NCBI GenBank assembly: GCA_031459385.1
Contig: JAVKIP010000001.1
Span: 32,001 to 96,000 of the forward strand
Reading direction: 5' to 3'
Length of the DNA stretch: 64,000 nucleotides
DNA from: Candidatus Fervidifonticultor secundus
GTDB lineage: Bacteria; Sysuimicrobiota; Sysuimicrobiia; Sysuimicrobiales; Humicultoraceae
The notes under the pieces are model-generated. The model had not been told where the DNA came from and made no database searches. It was given only the letters and a program-made list of their open reading frames with translations. The position numbers and the translations under genes are program-made. This document shows, piece after piece, positions 20,006-29,978 of this stretch; within the stretch, counting starts at the first letter, position 1; each line of letters starts with the position of its first letter.

Positions 20006-21105
20006 CCACGGCGCGGTCGCTGGACGTGGCGATCCCGATCGCCCGGGCTACGGCCCGGGCCGAGGCGCTGGCGATCCGCGTGGGCTCGGCGCTGGCCGCG
20101 CTGGGCGTGGGCGCGCTGTGCATGTGGGCTGTCGGCTACGACCCCTGGCTGGCCTACCGCGAGATGGGCGTGGGCGCGCTCGGCTCGTGGTACGCGGTGG
20201 AGCAGACGCTGGTGAAGGCGATTCCGCTGGTCCTGACCGGGCTCGGCGTCTCGCTGGCGTTCACCATGGGGCTGTGGAACATCGGCGCCGAGGGCCAGCT
20301 GGCGGTGGGCGCGATCGCGGCCAGCTGGCTCGCCCTCGGCGCGCCCGGCCTGCCGGCCTGGCTGATGCTGCCCGGCGTGCTGGTGCTGGGCGCCGCAGGC
20401 GGCGCGGTGTGGGCTGCGCTCCCGGCCCTCCTGCGCGTCGCGGTCGGAATGAGCGAGATCATCAGCACGCTGATGCTGAACTACGTGGGCCTGCTGTGGG
20501 TGGACTACCTGGTGTTCGGGCCGTGGGCCGATCCGGCCGCCTTTAGCTTTCCCTACTCCCGGCGCTTGCCTGCGAGCGCCCAGCTGCCGCTGCTGGGGGG
20601 CGCGGTGCACCTGGGGGCGGCGCTGGCGCTGGCTGCCGCGGCCGGGCTGTGGCTGCTGCTCCGTCACACCGCCTGGGGCTACGAGATCCGGCTCATCGGG
20701 ACCAATCCACAGGCGGCGCGCTACCGCGGCGCGCCGGTGGCGCGCGATGTCGTGGTCGTGATGGCCGTGAGCGGTGCGCTCGCCGGTCTCTCGGGCGCCG
20801 GCGAAGTCAGCGGCGTCGTCCACCGCCTGCAGCAGGGCCTCTCGCCGGGCTACGGCTATGCGGCCATCATCATCGCGTGGCTGGCGCAGCTCCACCCGTG
20901 GGCGGTCGTGCTCGTCGCCGTGCTGTTCGCGGCGCTGCTGAACGGCGGGTTCGTGATCCAGACCACCGGGGTGCCGGCGGCCATCGTCTCCATGCTCCAG
21001 GCGCTGCTCCTGACCTTCGTGCTGGGCAGCGAGTACCTGGTCCGGCGGCGCCACCGGCGCCGGGCGGTGGCCGCGGCCCGCGCCGGCCTGTCCGGGCAGG
21101 CATGA
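20002..21105 (+). CDS. Nucleoside-type ABC permease
   Basis: WNIGAEGQ, EIISTLMLNY, GYGYAAIIIAWL. Confidence 0.9.
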   Translation: MTTARSLDVAIPIARATARAEALAIRVGSALAALGVGALCMWAVGYDPWLAYREMGVGALGSWYAVEQTLVKAIPLVLTGLGVSLAFTMGLWNIGAEGQLAVGAIAASWLALGAPGLPAWLMLPGVLVLGAAGGAVWAALPALLRVAVGMSEIISTLMLNYVGLLWVDYLVFGPWADPAAFSFPYSRRLPASAQLPLLGGAVHLGAALALAAAAGLWLLLRHTAWGYEIRLIGTNPQAARYRGAPVARDVVVVMAVSGALAGLSGAGEVSGVVHRLQQGLSPGYGYAAIIIAWLAQLHPWAVVLVAVLFAALLNGGFVIQTTGVPAAIVSMLQALLLTFVLGSEYLVRRRHRRRAVAAARAGLSGQA

Positions 21106-22025
21106 CCGCAGACCAGCTGGTGGCCCTCCTGGCCGCCGCGGTGACGGCGGCCGCGCCGCTGGTCCTGGCGGGCATCGGCGAACTGCTCGCCGAGCGCAGC
21201 GGCGTCCTCAACCTCGGCGTCGAGGGCGTGATGCTGGTGGGCGCGGTGGCGGGCTTCGCCGTCGTGGTGACGACGGCACTGCCGTGGCTCGGCGCGGCCG
21301 CCGCCGCCGGCGCGGGTGCCCTGCTAGGCGCCGGCCACGCCCTGCTGACGGTGACGCTGGGCGCCGAGCAGGTCACGACCGGGCTGGCCCTGGCGCTCTT
21401 CGGGACGGGCCTGAGCGCCTTCCTCGGCAAGCCGCTCATTGGCATCCCCAATCCGGTGCCCCTCCGCGCGATCCCCCTGCCGGGCCTGGCCGACGTCCCG
21501 GCGCTGGGGCGCATCTTCTTCCGGCAGGACGTCCTGGTCTACCTGAGCTACGCGCTGCCCCTGGCCGTGTGGTGGTGGTTGACCCGGACGCGGCCGGGCC
21601 TGCACCTACGGGCGTGCGGCGAGAACCCGGAGGCCGCCGACGCCACGGGGGTGGACGTGGCGGCGATGCGTTACGGCGCGGTGATCGTGGGCGCGGCGCT
21701 GGCGGGACTGGGGGGCGGCTACCTCTCGCTGGCCTATACTCCGGCGTGGACGGAGAACATGACCGGCGGGCTCGGGTGGATCGCCATCGCGCTGGTGATC
21801 TTCGCGACCTGGAACCCAGTGCGGCTGCTGGCGGGGGCGTACCTGTTCGGCGCCGTGGACGTCCTGGGCTTCCGCGCGCAGCTGCTGGGGGTGCAGGCGT
21901 CGTCCATCGTGCTGCGCATGCTCCCGTACCTGTTCACGCTGGCGGTGTTGCTGGTGATCACCACGCTCCGGCGGGCCGCCGGGATGCCGGCCGCCCTGGG
22001 GCGCCCGTATGTCCGCGAGGAGTGA
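21102..22025 (+). CDS. Nucleoside-type ABC permease
   Basis: ERSGVLNLGVEG, GENP.AAD, GWIAIALV, MLPYL, PAALGRPY. Confidence 0.92.
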   Translation: MTADQLVALLAAAVTAAAPLVLAGIGELLAERSGVLNLGVEGVMLVGAVAGFAVVVTTALPWLGAAAAAGAGALLGAGHALLTVTLGAEQVTTGLALALFGTGLSAFLGKPLIGIPNPVPLRAIPLPGLADVPALGRIFFRQDVLVYLSYALPLAVWWWLTRTRPGLHLRACGENPEAADATGVDVAAMRYGAVIVGAALAGLGGGYLSLAYTPAWTENMTGGLGWIAIALVIFATWNPVRLLAGAYLFGAVDVLGFRAQLLGVQASSIVLRMLPYLFTLAVLLVITTLRRAAGMPAALGRPYVREE

Positions 22026-22043
22026 CGGCGGAGGTGAGATTCC

Positions 22044-22748
22044 GTGGAGGCGTACTTCTACGGCACGCGCAAGCCCATTCCCGACGGGTTCGACGAGTGG
22101 CTCGACCCGCGGAGCGCCGCGGCCGTGTGCATCGACATGCACCGCGGGCACCTCGATGAAGGGCCGGACTGCCCGTGTCCGGCGCCCCGGGCGCGCGAGA
22201 TCGTGGCTCCGATCGACGCATTCCACCGCCAGTGCCGGCGGTTGGGGGTGCCGGTGATCCACGTGAAGACGGTGCTCCGCGCCAGCGGCGTCGACGACAC
22301 CCAGGGGATCCCCTCGGCCTGGCGGCTGACGTTCCCCGTCACCGTCGGGCCGATCCCCAACGCCGACAGCCACGGCCTGGCCGGGACGCGCTGGACAGAA
22401 CTGGTGACCGAGGTGGCGCCCTCCGACTTCGTTGTGGACACGAAGAAACGGCTGAGCATCTTCTACCCGACCGACCTGGACTTCCTGCTGCGCCAGCTGC
22501 GTCGGCGGGCCGTGGTGCTCACAGGCGGGTTCACCGACTGCTGTGTCCTGAACGCGGCGTTCGACGCGGCCAACCGCGACTACCGCGTGGTGGTGCTGCG
22601 CGATCTCGTGCGCGGGTTCTCGCCCGAGATGGAGGACGCGGCGCTGCGCATCGTCTCGCTGCACCTGGGGCTGGTCATGGACTCGGCGGTGCTGGTGCGG
22701 ACGTGGGAGCAGCGGCTGGTGGCCGCCGGCGGCGCAAGCCGTGGCTGA
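22044..22748 (+). CDS. Isochorismatase-family cysteine hydrolase
   Basis: IDM (Asp), KKR.SIF..TDL (Lys), TDCCV (Cys). Confidence 0.9.
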   Translation: MEAYFYGTRKPIPDGFDEWLDPRSAAAVCIDMHRGHLDEGPDCPCPAPRAREIVAPIDAFHRQCRRLGVPVIHVKTVLRASGVDDTQGIPSAWRLTFPVTVGPIPNADSHGLAGTRWTELVTEVAPSDFVVDTKKRLSIFYPTDLDFLLRQLRRRAVVLTGGFTDCCVLNAAFDAANRDYRVVVLRDLVRGFSPEMEDAALRIVSLHLGLVMDSAVLVRTWEQRLVAAGGASRG

Positions 22749-23100
22749 GGGCATGCGGCGCGTCGCGCTGGGGGCCATTCCCTGGGCGACGGTGTACCCC
22801 GGTGTGCACCGCCGGCAGGCCGACGCCACCCGCATGACGCTGACGGTCTACCGGTTCGAGCCCGCCGGCCGGTTCCCCCTCCACCACCACCGGCAGGAGC
22901 AGGTCGTGATGGTGGTGGAGGGCGCGGTGACCTTCGCCGGGGCGGGACAGGCGGTCACCCTGGGACCCGACGAGGTGCTCGTCATTGCACCCGACGTGCC
23001 CCACGAAGCGGTCGCCGGGCCGACGGGTGCGCTGGTGGTCAGCGTCGTGGCGCCGGCCCGGCGGTCGGCGACGGACTACGTGGTGGATGGAGCCGGCTGA
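22741..23100 (+). CDS. Cupin domain protein
   Basis: PLHHHRQEQ...VEG...PDVPH cupin motifs. Confidence 0.85.
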   Translation: MAEGMRRVALGAIPWATVYPGVHRRQADATRMTLTVYRFEPAGRFPLHHHRQEQVVMVVEGAVTFAGAGQAVTLGPDEVLVIAPDVPHEAVAGPTGALVVSVVAPARRSATDYVVDGAG

Positions 23101-23160
23101 CACGCACCCGGGCGGATGCCGTGCGCGCGCAGGGCACGCTGCAGTTCGGCGCATCGGGCG

Positions 23161-23865
23161 CTAGCGCCGCACGCCCAGGTGGCGGATGAGCACGTCCTCG
23201 TCGGCCAGGACGTCCTGGCGCGTGCCCGTGTACCGGATCCGCCCCGTCTCCAGAAGCGCGACGGTATCCGCCACCTGGAGCGCCGCCTCGATCTTCTGTT
23301 CGACCAGCAGCACGCCGACGCCGCGGCTGGCCAGGACGCCGATCGTCGCCATGAGCCGGCGGACCAGCAGGGGCATCAGGCCCTCGGTGGGCTCGTCCAT
23401 GAGCAGGAACGCGGGCCGCGCGCACAGCGCGCGGGCGGTGGCGACCATCTGCTGTTCCCCACCCGACAGCGTGCCGGCGCGCTGGTGCAACCGCTCCCGC
23501 AGCACGGGGAAGAGCTCGAAGACCCAGGTCAGGGTCTCGCCGTCGGCGCCCGTGACCAGCAGGCCCATGCGCAGGTTCTCCCAGACGGTCAGGTCGGGGA
23601 AGAGCCTGCGGCCCTGGGGGACGTAGCCCAGCCCCAGCCGCGGGATGCGGTGCGCCGGCAGGCGAGTCAGCTCGTGGCCATCGAGGCGGATGCTGCCCTG
23701 CACCGGCCGCACCAGCCCCATGATGGCGCGCAGCAGCGTGGTCTTGCCAGCCCCGTTGCGGCCCAGTAGGCACAGTACCTGCCCCGTGGCCAGGCGCAGC
23801 GACACCTCGTGGACCGCCGGCGCGCCGCCGTAGCCGCACGTCAGGCGGTCCAGCACCAGCTCCAC
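23161..23865 (-). CDS. ABC ATPase (LivF-like)
   Basis: GRNGAGKTT, VPQGR, LSGGEQQM, DEPTEGL. Confidence 0.92.
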   Translation of the reverse strand: MELVLDRLTCGYGGAPAVHEVSLRLATGQVLCLLGRNGAGKTTLLRAIMGLVRPVQGSIRLDGHELTRLPAHRIPRLGLGYVPQGRRLFPDLTVWENLRMGLLVTGADGETLTWVFELFPVLRERLHQRAGTLSGGEQQMVATARALCARPAFLLMDEPTEGLMPLLVRRLMATIGVLASRGVGVLLVEQKIEAALQVADTVALLETGRIRYTGTRQDVLADEDVLIRHLGVRR

Positions 23866-23899
23866 GGCTATCGCGCTCCCGGGGAGCGGCCCTCCACGG

Positions 23900-24652
23900 C
23901 TACCGCTCCCCCAGGTAGACGCGCTGCACGCCGGGATCCGCCTCCACGTCGGCGGGCGTGCCCTCCGCGATGATCCGCCCCTGGTCCATCACGGTGACCC
24001 GGTGCGCCAGGTCGAGCACGACGCGCATGTTGTGCTCGATGAGCAGCACGGTGGTCGCGTGCGCGATCTGGCGCACCAGCCGGACGAGCCCGGCGGTCTC
24101 CTCCGGTGCCAGCCCCTGCGTGGGCTCGTCGAGGATCAGCAGGCGCGGGCGCAGGGCCAGCGCCATAGCGAGTTCCAGCAACCGCTGGTGCCCGTAAGGG
24201 AGGGCGGCCGCTGGTGCGGTCCAGGCCTCGCGGAACCCCACGGCGTCCAGGGCCTCTCGTACCAGGCGGGCCAGCGGCTGTGCGCCCACGCGGAAGATGT
24301 CGCCGGGGCCGCGCAGCAGGCGGCGCTGCGCGGCCAGGGCCACGTTCTCGAAGACCGTGAGGTTGCGGAAGACGCTGATGAGCTGAAAGGTGCAGACGAT
24401 GCCGAGCGCCACGCGGGAGGGGGCCCGCGCGGCGGTGATGTCGCGCCCATCGAAGACGATGCGCCCGGCGCTGGGCGCGATGCGCCCGCTGATCATGCTG
24501 GCCAGGGTCGTCTTGCCGGCGCCGTTGGGGCCGATCAGGGCCCGGATCTCCCCGCGCGCGAGGCGGAAGTCCACGTCGCGCACAGCCACGAGCCCGCCGA
24601 ACGTCCGGCGCAGGCCGGCGGTCTGCAGCAGCGGCGCCGGGGTGTCCCTCAC
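23900..24652 (-). CDS. ABC ATPase (LivG-like)
   Basis: GPNGAGKTT, LPYG, LDEPT, IEH, YLG. Confidence 0.92.
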   Translation of the reverse strand: MRDTPAPLLQTAGLRRTFGGLVAVRDVDFRLARGEIRALIGPNGAGKTTLASMISGRIAPSAGRIVFDGRDITAARAPSRVALGIVCTFQLISVFRNLTVFENVALAAQRRLLRGPGDIFRVGAQPLARLVREALDAVGFREAWTAPAAALPYGHQRLLELAMALALRPRLLILDEPTQGLAPEETAGLVRLVRQIAHATTVLLIEHNMRVVLDLAHRVTVMDQGRIIAEGTPADVEADPGVQRVYLGER

Positions 24653-25605
24653 GGCAGCCACCGCCACCAGCGCGCGCGCACGCCGCCCATGATGCCGCCG
24701 GGTGCCCGCACGCTGACCAGCACCAGCGCCACGCCCACCACCAGCAGGTAGTTGGTCGTCACGCTGCTGGCGACGTCTACCGCGTAGGTCATGAATGCCG
24801 TCCCGACCAGCGGGCCCAGGATCGTCCCCGCGCCGCCGAGCAGCGTCCACAGCAGCGGGTAGATGGAGTAGAGGATCGAGGCGAAGGTGCTCCCGACGTA
24901 CGAGAACAGCAGGGCGTACGCCGCGCCCGCGGCGCCGGCGACGCCGCCCGAGAGCACGACGGCCAGCAGCTTGTAGGCGAAGGGGTCATAGCCCAGCATG
25001 CGCGTGCGCTCTTCGTGCTCGCGCAGCGCGATCAGCACCCGGCCGACCGGCGACCGCACGAGCCACAGGCTGCCCAGCAGCGCCACGGCCAGCGCGGCCA
25101 GCGCCAGGTTGTAGCGGACCGGCGGCGCAGTGAACGCCAGCGTCCAGCGCCCCACCTGCAGCGGCGCCAAGCGTCCGGCCAGCACGAGCCCCTGGTCGCC
25201 CAGCGTGATCTGGTTGAAGTAGAGCGTCGCCAGGTAGCCGACCTGCGCGAACATCATGGTGACGATCAGGAACGCCGCCCCGGTGGTCCGCAGGCTGAGC
25301 GCGCCGATGCCCGCGGCCAGGAGCAGGCCGGCGGCGATGCCCAGGAGGAAGGCCGGTCCCGGTGCGAGCCCCAGGTAGTACACGGGCAGGCCCGCGCCGT
25401 ACAGCCCGGCGGCGAAGAAGAGCGCATGCCCCAGGCTCATGAGCCCCGTGTAGCCCAACAGCAGGTTGTAGCCGGCCGCGTACGTGGCGAAGAGCATGAT
25501 GCGCGTGAGCATGCCGTGGTGGAACGGGGGCAGCACGAACTGCAACAGCCCCAGCGCCGCCAGCACGCCCAGGTGCACTGCCAGGACCGCCCGGCCGGCG
25601 CTCAT
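24649..25605 (-). CDS. ABC permease (LivM-like)
   Basis: NLLLGYTGLMSLGHA, SPVGR.L.ALRE.E.R, LLGGAGT. Confidence 0.9.
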   Translation of the reverse strand: MSAGRAVLAVHLGVLAALGLLQFVLPPFHHGMLTRIMLFATYAAGYNLLLGYTGLMSLGHALFFAAGLYGAGLPVYYLGLAPGPAFLLGIAAGLLLAAGIGALSLRTTGAAFLIVTMMFAQVGYLATLYFNQITLGDQGLVLAGRLAPLQVGRWTLAFTAPPVRYNLALAALAVALLGSLWLVRSPVGRVLIALREHEERTRMLGYDPFAYKLLAVVLSGGVAGAAGAAYALLFSYVGSTFASILYSIYPLLWTLLGGAGTILGPLVGTAFMTYAVDVASSVTTNYLLVVGVALVLVSVRAPGGIMGGVRARWWRWLP

Positions 25606-26468
25606 GGGGTGCGCTCGCCGAACAGCCCGCCGGCGCGCACCACCAGCACCCCGGCCACCAGCAGCGAGGCCACGATGCGCGCCAGCGTCGGCGTGAAGAC
25701 GATCGAGACGATCCCGTCGACGAGCCCCACCAGGAAGGCGGCGGCGGCGGTGCCACCCAGGTGCCCCAGGCCGCCGATAGTGACCACCATGAACGACAGG
25801 AGCAGCGCGTCCAGGCCCATGAGGTAGTGGGCCTGCTGCACCGGGACGACCAGCACCCCCGCCACCGCGGCCAGCGCCGCGCCCAGGGCGAAGGTGGCAC
25901 TGTAGATGCGGTGCACCGGCACGCCGAACGCCTGCGCGGTCTCTGGGTCCTGCTGGGTGGCGCGCATGTAGAGCCCCAGGGTCGTCGTCCCCACCAGGCG
26001 CCAGGTCGCGAGCAGCAGCAGCCCCGCCAGCACGGCCGCCGCCAGCTTGTAGCGCGAGTACCCGAACCACGGGAACTCGACGACGCCCGCCAGGGGCGGT
26101 GGCACCGCCCGCGCTTCCGGGCCGTAGAGGCCGAGCGTGAGTTGCTGGAGGATGTAGAGCAGGCCGATGGTGGCGACGATGGTGGCGTCGGGCAGGTAGC
26201 GGATCGGCCGCAGGACCACCCGGTCGGCGACCACCGCGATGCCGGCCACGAGCAGCGGCGCCGCCAGGACTGCGGCCAGGAAGCTGCCGGTGGCAGCGGT
26301 GACGACCCAGGCCAGCACGGCGCCCAGCATGAAGAACTCGCCGTGCGCGACGTTGACGATGCGCATGACGCCGAACACCAGTGACAGCCCCACGGCGGTC
26401 AGGGCCAGCAGGAAGCCCGAGACGGTGCCCTCCAGCAGCGCCAGGGCGACCTGCCCGCCGGGGGTCAC
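25602..26468 (-). CDS. ABC permease (LivH-like)
   Basis: GLSLVFGVMRIVNVAHGEF, IGGLG. Confidence 0.92.
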   Translation of the reverse strand: MTPGGQVALALLEGTVSGFLLALTAVGLSLVFGVMRIVNVAHGEFFMLGAVLAWVVTAATGSFLAAVLAAPLLVAGIAVVADRVVLRPIRYLPDATIVATIGLLYILQQLTLGLYGPEARAVPPPLAGVVEFPWFGYSRYKLAAAVLAGLLLLATWRLVGTTTLGLYMRATQQDPETAQAFGVPVHRIYSATFALGAALAAVAGVLVVPVQQAHYLMGLDALLLSFMVVTIGGLGHLGGTAAAAFLVGLVDGIVSIVFTPTLARIVASLLVAGVLVVRAGGLFGERTP

Positions 26469-26585
26469 AGGCGGAACGTGCGCACAGCGGGAGACATGCC
26501 GACGCGCGGGCTGCGGGGAGGGGCCGCACAGGGGCCCGCGCCGGGACCTCCGGGGCAGGCCCCCGCCACGGCGCGCCCGCCGGCG

Positions 26586-27884
26586 CTACAGCGGCTGCCG
26601 GGTGTAGTCCGCTTCGGGCGGGTACATGCCGTCCTCGATCCTGGTCCGGTGCACCACCCTGAGCTTCCTGTCCCTGACCTGCGAGACGAACTGCTGCCCG
26701 AAGACCTGGTGCAGACGGCCGACAAAGCGCTTCGGCCCCTGCGGATGGCCGAGCCCCTCCTCGAACCGCTCGGTCTTCTCCAGGGTTTCGATGAACGCCC
26801 GGTAGTCCTGCGGGCTCCGGTAGCCGCTCTTCTCCACGACCTCCTTGATGACGAACAACGTCTCCCACACGCCGAACATGTGGGAGTACGTGGAGACGTC
26901 CTTGGGGTCGGTCTTGCTGGCGCCGTTGGCGTCCACGCCGACCGCGTCGCGGAACCGCCGCTCCCACGGGGTGTTGTACTGGCCCGCGTAGCGCGGGAAC
27001 GCTTCCCAGATATAGGAGCCGTCCAGGTACTCGAGCCCGGGGCTGCCAATGTCCACGCCCTCCAGCGAGTCGATGAAGCCGAAGAGTTTGGGTTTGCGGC
27101 GGCCGAAGTGCTCCCCCATCTCCTTGACGAAGGTGAGCACGCCGGGGCCGACCATGACGTGGTAGACGACGTCGGCCGCCCGCGGGATCTTGGGGAAGTA
27201 CTTCGTGAACGAGGTCTCGGTAGGGGGAATGGGCACCAGCGCCACGATCTCGCCGCCCTGCCGTCTGGCGGCGGCGCCGAAGAAGTCGCGGTGGTCGTAC
27301 CCGAAGGCGTAGTCCGGGAAGACCATGGCGATGCGCTTGCCCAGGTTCTTGACGATCCATGGTGCCAGGGCGGTGACCTGGGCGCGGACGTCGGTGATGC
27401 CGGGCTGGAACGTGTACCGGTTCAGCTTGCCCGAGGCGACGTGGTAGCCTTCGCTGACGACCAGGTAGGGGATCTTGAGCTCGCCGGCCCGCGGGGCCGC
27501 CGCGATCACCACGTGCGAGAAGAGCGTCCCGAAGATGAACTCCACCTTGTGCTGTTGGGCCAGCTTCTCGACCACCTCGGTGCCGCGTTTGGGATCCGTG
27601 CCGTCGTCCTCGGCGATGAGCTCGATGGGCCGGCCGCCGATGCCGCCCATGCCGTTGATGGTCTTCACCGCCGCGGCTGCCGTGCGCTCGTACCACTTGC
27701 CGTAGACGGCGCCGATGCCCGTACGGTGGACCTGGAACCCGATCTTCAATGGCGGCGCCCCTGCCGTCTGGGCGTAGACGTACGGGATGTCAGAAAGGCG
27801 ACCCCACCGGCCCACCATGCTGGCGCCGGCCAGCGCCCCGGCGGCCTTCAACGCCTGTCGTCGCGTGAGCTTCCCCTCTGGCAT
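26586..27884 (-). CDS. Branched-chain amino acid-type ABC substrate-binding protein, Tat-exported
   Basis: TRRQALK twin-arginine signal; GIGGRPIELIAEDD; PDYAFG; RBS GAGGAGGG. Confidence 0.9.
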   Translation of the reverse strand: MPEGKLTRRQALKAAGALAGASMVGRWGRLSDIPYVYAQTAGAPPLKIGFQVHRTGIGAVYGKWYERTAAAAVKTINGMGGIGGRPIELIAEDDGTDPKRGTEVVEKLAQQHKVEFIFGTLFSHVVIAAAPRAGELKIPYLVVSEGYHVASGKLNRYTFQPGITDVRAQVTALAPWIVKNLGKRIAMVFPDYAFGYDHRDFFGAAARRQGGEIVALVPIPPTETSFTKYFPKIPRAADVVYHVMVGPGVLTFVKEMGEHFGRRKPKLFGFIDSLEGVDIGSPGLEYLDGSYIWEAFPRYAGQYNTPWERRFRDAVGVDANGASKTDPKDVSTYSHMFGVWETLFVIKEVVEKSGYRSPQDYRAFIETLEKTERFEEGLGHPQGPKRFVGRLHQVFGQQFVSQVRDRKLRVVHRTRIEDGMYPPEADYTRQPL

Positions 27885-27931
27885 GCACGTCCCTCCTCGC
27901 AGCCCGAGATGTGTCGCGTTGGCCACGTGGG

Positions 27932-27988
27932 CTTCCACGCTGTTGCCGGTGCTTCCTGCGGCCAGGAGTGGCACAGGCCGTCCCGAAC
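27932..27988. promoter_or_regulatory. Back-to-back divergent sigma-H-like promoters
   Basis: Minus strand GCAGGA-N18-GAAG (27932-27959); plus strand CCAGGA-N17-GAAC (27962-27988). Confidence 0.55.
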
Positions 27989-28022
27989 TCCTTAGCCGTC
28001 ACCTGCGCGCTGGAGGGAGCGG

Positions 28023-29213
28023 ATGCGTCTGTTCATCAGCGGTGAAGAACACCTACGTCGCCGCGCAGCGGTGCGCGACGAGCTACACCGGCGCCAGCTC
28101 GAGGCACTGGTGCTGTTCAGCCCGGCGCAGATCTTCTACCTGACCGGGTTCGCCTTCATCGCCACGGAGCGTCCCATCGCCCTGGTGGTGGCGCCCGACG
28201 CGGTCGTGCTCTTCACCCCGCGGCTGGAGGAAGAGCATGCCACGGCCCACGCGGTGGTGGACCGCGTCGCGGCCTACCCGGAATACCCCGGCGACTGCCA
28301 CCCGCTGTCGCGCCTGGGCGCGCTCCTCGAGGAGCTGGGGCTGGCGCGGGCCCGCCTGGGGGCGGACAGCGACGGCTACCCCGGCGTGATGGGCTATCGC
28401 GGTCCGCGGCTTTCGGAGGTCTCACCGCAGGCGGCGGTGACGCCGGCCCGCGACCTCGTGGAAGAGATGATGATGATCAAGTCGGCCGAGGAGATCGCGC
28501 TGATCCGCGAGAGCGCCCGCTGGGGCAACCTGGCGCACCGGCTGCTGCAGGACTACACACGGCCCGGCGCGCTGGAGAGCGAGGTGGGCCTGCGGGCGTC
28601 GGGTGAGGCCACTGCGGCCATGGTCCGGACCCTGGGCCCCGCCTACCGGCCCCTGTCGTGGGCGGTCCCCGGCGCGCACGCGGGGTTCCGCGGGCAGGTC
28701 GGCGCGCAGTCTGCCATTCCCCATGCCATGACCACCCACGCGCCGATCCGCGCGGGCGATGTGCTGGTCACCGGCGCCGCTGCGGTCGTGGGTGGCTACA
28801 CCAGCGAGCTGGAGCGCACGATGATCGTGGGCGAGCCGACCCCGGAGCAGACCCGGTACTTCCGCCTGATGCTGGGCGCCCAGGAGACGGCCTTCGCGGC
28901 GGTGCGGCCCGGCCGGCCGTGTGCCGAGGTCGACCGGGCGGTGCGCGATTTCTTCGAGCGGCATCACCTCATGGCGTACTGGCGCCACCACGTCGGGCAC
29001 GGGCTCGGGATCGGTATTCACGAGGCGCCGTTCCTCGACATCGGCGACCAGACCGTCATCCGGCCGGGAATGGTGCTCAGCGTCGAGCCCGGGCTCTACG
29101 TGCCCGGGGTCGCGGGCTTCCGGCACTCGGACACCGTGCTGGTCACCGAAGACGGCATCGACCTGCTGACCTACTACCCGCGCGACCTGACGTCCCTGGT
29201 CGTTCCGGCCTGA
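28023..29213 (+). CDS. M24 (pita-bread fold) Xaa-Pro peptidase/creatinase-family hydrolase
   Basis: Creatinase_N-type domain, IKSAEEI, HHVGHGLG..HEAP, SVEPGLY. Confidence 0.88.
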   Translation: MRLFISGEEHLRRRAAVRDELHRRQLEALVLFSPAQIFYLTGFAFIATERPIALVVAPDAVVLFTPRLEEEHATAHAVVDRVAAYPEYPGDCHPLSRLGALLEELGLARARLGADSDGYPGVMGYRGPRLSEVSPQAAVTPARDLVEEMMMIKSAEEIALIRESARWGNLAHRLLQDYTRPGALESEVGLRASGEATAAMVRTLGPAYRPLSWAVPGAHAGFRGQVGAQSAIPHAMTTHAPIRAGDVLVTGAAAVVGGYTSELERTMIVGEPTPEQTRYFRLMLGAQETAFAAVRPGRPCAEVDRAVRDFFERHHLMAYWRHHVGHGLGIGIHEAPFLDIGDQTVIRPGMVLSVEPGLYVPGVAGFRHSDTVLVTEDGIDLLTYYPRDLTSLVVPA

Positions 29214-29332
29214 TGGCGGTCCGGGCCTGCCAGGTGGGCTGCGCGTCCGGTGGCGGCGCCGCCCTGGCGGAGGGGGAATTTTTCGGCCTGCGGCGACGCT
29301 GACAGGGGGTGGGGAACGACCCCGAGCGACAC

Positions 29333-29956
29333 ATGGCGTGGCTGGCTCGCAACTACGACCAGGTTCTGCGCGCGGCCTGGGAGCACGTGGTGCTCACAGG
29401 CCTGTCGGTGGGCATCGCCCTGGGCATCGCCCTGGTGGTCGGGGTGATCGCGGCGCGGCGGCCCGGCGTCTACCGGATCGCCATCACCGCCACCGGCGTA
29501 TTTTACACCATTCCCAGCCTGGCGCTGTTTGCCATCTTGATCCCCATCGTCGGGCTGGGCCGGACACCGGCGGTGATCGGCCTGGTCGGCTACTCCCTGC
29601 TGGCTTTGATCCGCAACACCGTGGCGGGCCTGCAGGGTGTGCCGGGCGACGTGCTGGAGGCGGCCAGCGGCATGGGCCTAGGGCCCCGGCAGCGGCTGTG
29701 GCGCGTCGAGCTGCCGCTGGCGTTGCCCGTGATCCTGGCGGGTGTCCGCGTGGTGACGGTCACGGTCATCGGGATCGCCACGGTGGCGGCGTACGTCAAC
29801 GCCGGCGGGCTCGGCGCACTGATCTTCACCGGTCTGGCACAGAACAACGGGGCGAAGGTCGCCGCCGGCGCGTTCTTCGCGTCGGCGTTCGCGGTCGGAG
29901 CGGACTGGACCCTGGGCTGGCTGCAGCGGCGGGTCGCGGCGAGGGCCCGCGCGTGA
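29333..29956 (+). CDS. Osmoprotectant (glycine betaine/carnitine/choline-type) ABC permease
   Basis: TIPSLAL, RNT..GL, EAASGMG, VELPLA, AGGLG. Confidence 0.92.
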   Translation: MAWLARNYDQVLRAAWEHVVLTGLSVGIALGIALVVGVIAARRPGVYRIAITATGVFYTIPSLALFAILIPIVGLGRTPAVIGLVGYSLLALIRNTVAGLQGVPGDVLEAASGMGLGPRQRLWRVELPLALPVILAGVRVVTVTVIGIATVAAYVNAGGLGALIFTGLAQNNGAKVAAGAFFASAFAVGADWTLGWLQRRVAARARA

Positions 29957-29978
29957 GCGCCGGCGGGAGCGAGGAGGG

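Noticed and set aside
24649..27696. 1015-aa ORF suggesting an SBP-permease fusion
   Set aside because: Only the last 318 aa are LivM-like; SBP and LivH are separate ORFs in other frames.
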